Origin: Barthelona sp. PAP020
Lineage: Eukaryota
Length of the DNA stretch: 20,000 nucleotides
Direction of reading: 5' to 3'
Assembly: GCA_040182905.1 (NCBI GenBank)
Contig: JARQWU010000021.1
Coordinates: 60,783 to 80,782 of the forward strand
In this document: positions 1 through 7,475 of the stretch, piece by piece
Position numbering within the stretch: position 1 is the first letter of the stretch
Layout: every line of letters starts with the position of its first letter
Position numbers and translations under genes: made by a program
Notes under the pieces: generated by a model
Told to the model about the DNA's origin: nothing
What the model saw: the letters and a program-made list of their open reading frames with translations, nothing else
The model's database searches: none

Positions 1-2
1 AA

Positions 3-431
3 CTGTTATCATGTATTGAAAACATTATTAATTCATTAAAATGTGACCATTTTACAAAAGATATCACTTTATTGGGTTGGTTTCAAATGAATAAATGTGT
101 GGGAAAAATTGCAAGAACTATCCTCCAATATTTACAAACAAATGGAATTGGTTTCACATATATTGATTCCCTCTTTGAATTATGGGAAGAAAAACACAAC
201 AAAAAAGAAGCTGAATTAATGATTGTCAAGTTATTTGTCAAAGGAAGTCAAGCACCTTCAACAGAAATTGATCAGCTTTATGAAACTTGCCTAAGATTGC
301 TTAGTTCTCCTTATTCAGACTTTTTACAGTGTTATTATATTGCTTGTAACATTGGCGTGGATGATATAATCGAAAAAATTAAATCTCATTATCACCCACT
401 TTTTGTGTTGGACAATAAATTCTTTTCGTAA
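3..431 (+). CDS. 3' part of a hypothetical protein (starts before the window)
   Basis: The frame of ORF 72..431 is open back to base 3 (LLSCIENIINSLKCDHFTKDITLLGWFQ...), so the listed TTG start is not a real start. Ends in TAA at 429-431. No family recognised. Confidence 0.65.
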   Translation: MLSCIENIINSLKCDHFTKDITLLGWFQMNKCVGKIARTILQYLQTNGIGFTYIDSLFELWEEKHNKKEAELMIVKLFVKGSQAPSTEIDQLYETCLRLLSSPYSDFLQCYYIACNIGVDDIIEKIKSHYHPLFVLDNKFFS

Positions 432-478
432 TTCATCTTTGTTTTTTACTATAGTTATTTTTTAAAGTTTATTGAGAA

Positions 479-1867
479 ATGGTAAGTACTCAAGAATTGT
501 TTTTTATTCCTTTTATGGTTGATTCCTGTCAAGTAATTGCCATTGGAAATCTTGCTGACAATTATATACAAAACAGTGAAACAAAGTGTTGTTGTCAAAA
601 TGAAAAAAAGTCATTTGACCAGGCATCAATTTACGATCTTCAAAACATAAGTCAAAAATGTTGTTTATGGAACACTATTTATGGATTTCCAGAAATATGC
701 ATTGTTTTAGGCGATATTAATCAAAAAATTTCAACCACGAATGATGAGTTTCGAGAAAAAGCATGCACATATTTTTGTATTGGTGTTGAAGATAATTGGC
801 ACCAAAAATTAGATTTGAAAAGACTTTCTTCATATTTAACCAAAAGTAAACCTGTTTTTGTTCAGTCATACATTCAAAATGAATGTGTTTATGATTTTTG
901 CATGCAATTAAAAAAATTAGGTTTTGAATTTGCTGAATCTTATCAACTGGAAAAATCTACGTATGATTCTGTCAATTTTTTGTCAAAGTGTTATTTATCA
1001 AATATTTTGTTAGAATGTACTGATTGTTGTGCAGTTGAAAGGCCTGAATATTACATTGCTGAAGATAAAAAAAAATTAATGAATATTGTGAGATATTTAG
1101 AAGGTGAATTTGTTGTTAAAGGGGCTTACGGATCAGGAGGATACTCCGTCAGCAAATTTAACACAGACGATGATGAAATTGCAAAAATGAAAGATTTTGA
1201 AGAATTTTTTCAACTTTTATGTCTAAATCACCCCTCAGATTTTTTTGATTTTCACTTTCCTTTAGTTATTGAAAAATATATTAATTATGATTACTCAATT
1301 ACTGTCGATGTTCAGCTTGATAATATTGGAGGAATCTGTTGGATAATTGGTTGTGTACGATTATCAGACCATTGTTTTTATCAAGGTGTTATTGGAGGAA
1401 TTGAAGTTGAGGAGCAAATACAGGTATTTTGTGCCAGATTTGGAAAGAGAATTTTCGACTTAGGCTTTCGTGGCTGTTTCAACGTTGATTTTTTGTTCTG
1501 TAACGATAGTGAGATGTTTCATGTTGTTGAAGCAAACCTTCGTCCGAGTGCTGTTTTTGATTTGACTTCCAATTTAACTGCTGAAAAATTCAGAATTGGT
1601 GTATGTTTTGATTACGCTTTTCTCAAAGAACATTTATCTTTGGATGATATTACTTACACAGTTGATTCTTGTTCCTATTTAAACAATTTAAAAGGAATAG
1701 TTCCTTCAATTGGTGCTTTTGATATTCATTGGTGTTCAATATCATTGTTTAGTATCTATGATCCTGATGTTTTGGGTTTTACTAGATTATTAGATTGTTT
1801 TGAAGAAGTTTTCAACCAATTAAGTGGAAACGAAGTGTATTTTGACTATCCACCCTTCTTGATGTGA
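479..1867 (+). CDS. ATP-grasp fold protein (putative carboxylate-amine/peptide ligase)
   Basis: ATP-grasp motifs in the expected order: FVVKGAYGSGGYSV (Lys plus Gly-rich loop), LVIEKYI, GFRGCFNVDFL and VVEANLRPS (E-x-N-x-R). 462 aa, ATG to TGA. Confidence 0.8.
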   Translation: MVSTQELFFIPFMVDSCQVIAIGNLADNYIQNSETKCCCQNEKKSFDQASIYDLQNISQKCCLWNTIYGFPEICIVLGDINQKISTTNDEFREKACTYFCIGVEDNWHQKLDLKRLSSYLTKSKPVFVQSYIQNECVYDFCMQLKKLGFEFAESYQLEKSTYDSVNFLSKCYLSNILLECTDCCAVERPEYYIAEDKKKLMNIVRYLEGEFVVKGAYGSGGYSVSKFNTDDDEIAKMKDFEEFFQLLCLNHPSDFFDFHFPLVIEKYINYDYSITVDVQLDNIGGICWIIGCVRLSDHCFYQGVIGGIEVEEQIQVFCARFGKRIFDLGFRGCFNVDFLFCNDSEMFHVVEANLRPSAVFDLTSNLTAEKFRIGVCFDYAFLKEHLSLDDITYTVDSCSYLNNLKGIVPSIGAFDIHWCSISLFSIYDPDVLGFTRLLDCFEEVFNQLSGNEVYFDYPPFLM

Positions 1868-2413
1868 TTTTTTTCTTCTTCCATTTTATTTCTGAGTTTT
1901 TAATGTTGGTGATTGATTTCATTTTTCTGAAAAAGATATGTTAATAAAAGTGTGTTTTGGAAACACATGCATTTTTTTTTATTTTATAAAGAAATCACAC
2001 CAAAAAGAAATTGAATTTACCTTGCATAAATACTCTGTTACTTACTTGATAGTTCAAATAGGAAAATTATGATTGAAAATATTGGAATCGATCTTCCCAA
2101 TCAAGTATAATAAACAAAATTGGGCTTTTCTTGAAACCGTCTTATAGAAATGCTCAGGAAGTGAACGTAACATTAAAGAAACAGTCACTGCAAAACATTT
2201 CATTCCGAAGTCTTTTGTTAAAAACAAAAGATAAAGAATTTTTTTTTTTTTTCTCAAAATCTTCAAAATTTTCGAATTTTTCCAAATTTTCATTTTTTTG
2301 TCTTTTACATTTTCCATTTTTCTGGTTTTTTTTTGCGCTCCAATTTCAACTCTTTTTTTCATTTCTGCAGAAAAAAGAAAATTAACTTTAAAAAAAATAA
2401 ATATTTTTTACAA

Positions 2414-3187
2414 CTAATAATTTGGGTTATATGTAAAATTATTTGCAGGGTCATATTCAAAATCGTTTTGGGGTGGCTGGTAGACATTAGATTCTTGAGG
2501 TTGATACGAGGGTTGTTGAATAGATTGTTGAATAGATTGTTGAATAGGTTGTTGATTCACATTCAAGTCATTCATTTGGGGTGAAAAAGTTGATTCATAT
2601 CCATACGGCTCATAAATAGGTTGTGGTCCTGGTCTGGGAATATTTTCCACATTCTTTTTTGGTTTTTTGTTTTGGTTTTTTGCCTTTCCTTTAGGCTTCT
2701 TTCCTTGAAAAGCATCCATAACTTGATTGGAAATATCCAAAGTAATATTATAACTAAATATAACTTTGTTTCTCCATCCATTTTTATGTCTGACTCTTAT
2801 AATAGTTTCACCTTTAACCACCATTTGAACCGGTCCAACATGAGAAAAACGTGAACAAAAAATTTTCAAATGTTCATTCATTTTTTCAACACGTTTTGAC
2901 ATTACTGATTGGGTTAAAAGATGCAAACCAACATAAAGTAAAATACCAACTATAACTCCAACATAAAAATGATTTTGTAGTAAAAGAAAACCTAAACCAG
3001 CAATAGCTGCCACAAGAAAGACACTACAATACTTGTTAAATGTGTAAACATCAAATCCTTTGATACTTTCAAGTTCAACAAGAAGATTGTCCCAATCATT
3101 TTCCGTAATAGCCACACTCAAAGGTGCAGGGAAATCTCGAGCATAACCACCACAACATTTGGGATATTCAATTACAATTGATGGCAT
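2414..3187 (-). CDS. Erf4/GOLGA7(GCP16)/CHIC-like membrane protein with Pro/Gln/Tyr-rich tail
   Basis: First ATG at 3187 (the ORF track starts at a TTG, 3196). DFPAPLSVAITENDWDNLLVEL resembles the Erf4-family FP-x-L..I...E[F/W] segment. It is followed by two hydrophobic helices, an amphipathic helix and a low-complexity C-terminus. The CDS is likely real; the family call is tentative. Confidence 0.5.
   Translation of the reverse strand: MPSIVIEYPKCCGGYARDFPAPLSVAITENDWDNLLVELESIKGFDVYTFNKYCSVFLVAAIAGLGFLLLQNHFYVGVIVGILLYVGLHLLTQSVMSKRVEKMNEHLKIFCSRFSHVGPVQMVVKGETIIRVRHKNGWRNKVIFSYNITLDISNQVMDAFQGKKPKGKAKNQNKKPKKNVENIPRPGPQPIYEPYGYESTFSPQMNDLNVNQQPIQQSIQQSIQQPSYQPQESNVYQPPQNDFEYDPANNFTYNPNY
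2513..2555. repeat. 12-bp tandem repeat (ttgttgaataga, about 3.5 copies) encoding QQPIQQSIQQSIQQP
   Basis: Directly visible; lies in frame within the minus-strand CDS 2414..3187. Confidence 0.85.
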
Positions 3188-3533
3188 TCGCTGCAAAAAA
3201 ACTCTAAAAAAAAGTGAAAGTAATCATCCCCCTTAGATAAGAATCGAATCCTTGGAAACATGAATCTCCTAAACAAAAAGCATAATTTGGTATCAGTCTA
3301 CTTTTTGAATATATACTTAAATATTTAAAAAAAGAATTCCATTTTATCTCTTTTCATATCAATAAATTCATTCTTCAAAAAGAGCTTTTTTCACAATTTT
3401 AAAAGATAGGAACAATAAAAAGGATCAAATTTAAAAAATAAATAAAAATGAATTGAAAAAAAAAAGGTGCCATAAACGCTGATCCAAAAACAAAGAAAAA
3501 TTTTAATTTTTACAAAAAACTTCTTTTAGAATC

Positions 3534-5755
3534 TTATGCCATAACAGCTTCAACTAATTGAAGATAAGTATTGGACTTAGGACATAATCTGAGGAAAGCA
3601 CACAAACCACGAGGAGTGGCTTTTCCAACAACATAATCAATAACATCGGGTAAGAAATTGTTGACAATCCAAACACAAGCGGAAGCAAAAGCATTAGCAT
3701 AAACGCAAAGACCAGAAACAGCCTTGGCAATAGCTTTCTCAGCCATATCACTTGTAATAACAGCTTCAATTTGTCCAGCTAACCAAACACAACCATTGCA
3801 ATGGTTGTTCTTTCCATTACTGAGGCATAAAGCGTTGGAGGTTTGACAGAGATGTAACCAACCACAAAGTTTTTGAGGTGATAATTTGTTGATAGCCCAA
3901 TCCATGACTTCATATCCATATTTTTCCATAAAGGCCTTGCAATCAGTTTCCATGCTTCCAGCATATGTGCAAAGCTTACTAACGGCATGGACAATCATTT
4001 CTTCGGTATCATGATCAGATAAGATTTGTTCAAGCTTACCAGCAACAAAAGTACAAACTTTGCACTTATTAATATGCCAGTTTTCAAGAGCTTCACCATA
4101 AACAACTAATTCTTGAGTGGAACAAACATTTTCAAGTGAATTGGTTGTTTCAATTTTCTCAATAAGTTCATTACGATATTCTTGAGGGCATTCAGCTTCG
4201 GCATCAGAGCATGCACTAAAAACGATGGTTCTAGCCGTTGATTGTTCAAGAGAATAGGTAGAAATAGCAGATTGAAGGAGGGCACAATTGGCAGCGGAAG
4301 AATGAGCAGCATTAGATGAACACATGTGGAGATGACCACAGAATTTCTTTGGTTCAATTTTTCCAACAAGCCAATCAATAAGTTCATCACCAAAACGATT
4401 CACAAAATCTTTGCAAGAACCTTCCATTGATTTAGCATAATGACACAATCCAGCAACTTTGTTAACAATTATTGATTCAGTATCCTTGTCAGTAATAACT
4501 TGTTCAACTTTACCAACAACCCAAGAACACACTTTGCATTTGTCAAAGTTAGTTTCAAGAGCAACAGATTGAAGAGCAGTTTGATTTAATTTGCGACGAT
4601 GACAAGAATGTCCATGCATCATTTGACAAGTAAAATTGACATTCAAATCGCGAGCCAAATTGCTTTGAACAATACGACTCATACGATTAACAGCATTCTT
4701 ACAAGATTCATCATCAGAATCACATGATTCCATCATTGTTTCAACATTTTCATCAAAGGACTTATCAGCAGAAAGACTAAGAGAAGACTTTTCCAAAATG
4801 TATTGGCATTGCATACATTCAGAAACTTCTTCACTTCCTTGTAATAAGGCATATCTTTGAAGAGTGTTCTTTTGAGTTTTACCACAGAGGTGTAAATATC
4901 CACAAAGTTTGGCAGGAGGCATTTCGTTGACAAGCCAATCAATCCAATCATCACCGTGAGTTTGAATATAAGCCTTACAATCGCTTTTAAGACTCTTAGG
5001 GGCAAAAGAACAAACTTTAGAAAATTGTTTAACAATCATAGCTTCAGTATCACGATCTGTAATAATTTCTTCAACTTTTCCAGTAATGAATGTACAAACT
5101 TTGCACTTATTAATGTGGAAATTTCCAACTGGACGAACAGCAGGTCTGTTACTATCACAAAAATGAATATAACGACAAAACATGTGAGGTTCAAGCTTTT
5201 GAACAAACCAATTAATTATTTCAGGAGTGAACTTTTCAACAAAAGAATCACAATCAGCCTTAAGGCTTCCAGATAACTTGCAAACCTTTTCAACTTCCTT
5301 GGTGATGATTTCTTCAGTATCTTCATCAGTAATAACTTCTTCAAGCTTTCCAACAACCCAAGCACAAACTTTACAACCCGAAAAACTTACTGGTTCAACA
5401 CTCTCTTCACAAAGAGAAACTAAAGCTTCTCCTGTTGATAATTTTGAAATAATATCAGCACGGTTGTTTTCAATGAAAACATTGCATTGAGATTTGGCAC
5501 GACCAACAATCTCATTACAAACGTAAGGGAGATTACGAGTAATTGTTTCGACACTGGCTTCATCAGGAACAGAATTTTGAATATATCTTGCGATAAAACG
5601 ACATTGTTTTGTTTCTTGAGTTTCTTGAGCTAAAAAAAATTAGATTTTCAGAAATAAAATAAAAAATAGAAAAATTGAATGATTATTCACACAGACATAC
5701 CAATTGAAACACTCAATAAAACGACAAGGCCAAGTAGAACTGAAAAAAAATTCAT
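3534..5755 (-). CDS. Secreted multi-saposin (SAPLIP) precursor, prosaposin/naegleriapore-like; two exons, 5755..5701 and 5629..3534, 716 aa
   Basis: Exon 1 encodes a signal-peptide-like MNFFSVLLGLVVLLSVSI. A phase-1 intron (5700..5630) joins it in frame. I translated 5629..5184 by hand and found it open and continuous with ORF 3534..5183. There are six units with the full saposin-B pattern (CxxC...C...C...C-x(5-7)-C) and two degenerate 4-Cys units. Confidence 0.9.
5630..5700 (-). other. Spliceosomal intron (71 nt) in the saposin gene
   Basis: Minus strand reads GTATGT ... CTAA TTTTTTTT AG. Removing it fuses the signal-peptide exon in frame with the saposin exon (G|CT = Ala). Confidence 0.88.
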
Positions 5756-5796
5756 TGGGAATTTTTGACCAGTGATGACTGTTTTTTCAAATCTTG

Positions 5797-5825
5797 AAAA
5801 TATCTAAAATATCTTAAAATATCTT
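5797..5825. repeat. Three tandem copies of aaaatatct(t) upstream of the saposin ATG
   Basis: Copies at 5797-5805, 5806-5815 and 5816-5825, about 40-70 nt upstream of the start codon. Function unknown. Confidence 0.55.
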
Positions 5826-5920
5826 TTCATTTATTGAAGAAAAAATCAACTTGTAATTAAAAACTTCTTTTCAATGGGAGAAAAAAATAATTGAAAAAAA
5901 AAATTTGACTTTATAAACAG

Positions 5921-7195
5921 TTAAAATTCGCTAATCAATTTACGAATTTTTGGCAGGGCTTTTAGAAGATTTTTAGGGATAATTTTTGTATCAGTAATAA
6001 AATATTGCTGATCATCACCCAAGAATCTAACTTTTTCTCCAAAATTTAATAATTCGACACATAATCCATCATCTAATAGAACAACGAATACAGTAATATC
6101 AACTTGTAATATCCATCCAATATTATTCATTCTTTTTGCATTTAGAACAAATTTCTCTTGATTAGGAAACAATAAACTTTCATTGATACTCATAGTATTG
6201 GAAGGAATTGATTGTAACATGGGAGAACGTTCATTTATCATGTGAGAAAGTGGAGTATAACTTGGCTGAGAAAAAGCTGGACTCATTGTACCAAGAGCAG
6301 ACATTGTCTCAATTGAACGCAAATTTCTAATGGGAGTGTTATTTTCTTCAACTTTTTCCTGCAAAGATAAAGTGCAATTTCGAACAAAACGATAAACTGA
6401 CCGCAATGGTGATGGTAACTGTGTTCTTTCCCATTCAGCTTCATTGGTTTTGATGTACCAAGTATTATTAGAAAAAAAGAAAAATAAATTAATAACAGCT
6501 TCTTTTCTTTCCCATTTAAAGAATATTTTTGCAGATTGATTGGAAGATAAAAATTTAAGCATTCCAGATTTTGTATTTACATCTAAATCTTGTGATAACT
6601 CCAAAGGGGCAAAAAAAGGAACATCTTCAATGAAGAATTTGTGTTTCAAAAGATATTTTGCAGTAGGTGGATTAATTTTCAACATTTCATTTAAAATATG
6701 GGAAAAATTAGGAAACTTTTGTTGAATATCAATAAGTTCTAATAGATCTTTGCAACTAGTCAGCATTTTTTCTAACAATGTATAACTTGATCTAATTGAA
6801 TCAATATTAAACTCTTGAATCATTTCAATCAAATGATTTGCATTAAATGTTAATTTATGAAAGGAAAACGTTAAAAGTTGACAGATAATGATACCAAAAA
6901 AATTTATGTTATTGCCATTATTATCATGATTGGTTTTACTAACCATCATATCATTATCATATCCTAATTTAAATTGATATTTGGATTCCATGATTATTAC
7001 ATCAGCAATCATACATTCATGGTTGTAATTAATATCATCTAAATGATCAAGTGCCAATAATATGTGTAATAATAACATTCTAAATCTCTTTTCATTGAAT
7101 ATTTCAAATTCATTATCTTTTAAAGCTCTTATCAAATTATAATTTGCTTCATTTGAATCAATTTTAATTAAATTTGGATGTTGTAACGGATTCAT
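5921..7195 (-). CDS. PLK4-like polo-box protein with a degenerate, probably inactive kinase domain
   Basis: Kinase remnants: LQHPNLIK, LLHILLALDHL, HECMIADVII (at the HRDLKxxN position), FKLGYDN (at the KLGDFG position) and PTAKYLLKHKFF. LPSPLRSVYRFVRNCTLSLQEK resembles the end of PLK4 PB1. The C-terminal NNIGWILQ..VVLLDDGLCVEL..IPKNLLKAL resembles PLK4 PB3. Confidence 0.65.
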   Translation of the reverse strand: MNPLQHPNLIKIDSNEANYNLIRALKDNEFEIFNEKRFRMLLLHILLALDHLDDINYNHECMIADVIIMESKYQFKLGYDNDMMVSKTNHDNNGNNINFFGIIICQLLTFSFHKLTFNANHLIEMIQEFNIDSIRSSYTLLEKMLTSCKDLLELIDIQQKFPNFSHILNEMLKINPPTAKYLLKHKFFIEDVPFFAPLELSQDLDVNTKSGMLKFLSSNQSAKIFFKWERKEAVINLFFFFSNNTWYIKTNEAEWERTQLPSPLRSVYRFVRNCTLSLQEKVEENNTPIRNLRSIETMSALGTMSPAFSQPSYTPLSHMINERSPMLQSIPSNTMSINESLLFPNQEKFVLNAKRMNNIGWILQVDITVFVVLLDDGLCVELLNFGEKVRFLGDDQQYFITDTKIIPKNLLKALPKIRKLISEF

Positions 7196-7475
7196 TGAAA
7201 AATTAGCTTAACATTCATATCTAATATAAAAAATGTGATTTGAACTTAATATTTCATTCTTTTTTTATTTTCTTTTGATTTAAAAGTTTACACATAAAAC
7301 TGCTCACATATATGTGAAAATAAAATTGAATTAGAAAGTGGATAAGAGGATATTTTATTAAATAGAAAAATTCAATTTTTTTTTGTATAGGAGCTTGTAT
7401 ATATACACAATATACCAATTGAAATACTATTTTTGATATATTTATTCTTTATATAACACATTTACTTTAAATAAT

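Noticed and set aside
428..576. Possible splicing of the upstream gene into the ATP-grasp ORF (GTAATT..TAG 428-454; GTAAGT at 482 to CAG at 576)
   Set aside because: Frame-compatible on paper, but both lack the GTATGT donor and CTAA+10 signature of the credible introns. The segment 482-576 also reads as plausible coding sequence.
2039..2165. Fragments resembling the U1 5' end (TACTTACTTG), U12 (GGAAAATTATGATT), U6 (ACAGAG, minus) and U3 box A (CATTTCTATA, minus)
   Set aside because: Each is an isolated partial match without the other required boxes, loops or Sm site.
2054..2854. Short ORFs 2054..2362, 2131..2385, 2333..2584, 2572..2781 and 2621..2854
   Set aside because: Made largely of A/T homopolymer tracts, or antisense/alternate-frame shadows of the 2414..3187 gene.
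3191..3316. Possible 5' UTR intron (GTATAT at 3316 to AG at 3204 or 3191) and an out-of-frame upstream ATG at 3261
   Set aside because: Acceptor-like sites exist, but the donor is non-consensus and no CTAA lies at the expected spacing. It cannot be supported without transcripts.
5771..5779. Box C-like GTGATGA upstream of the saposin gene
   Set aside because: No box D (CTGA) or terminal stem at snoRNA distance.
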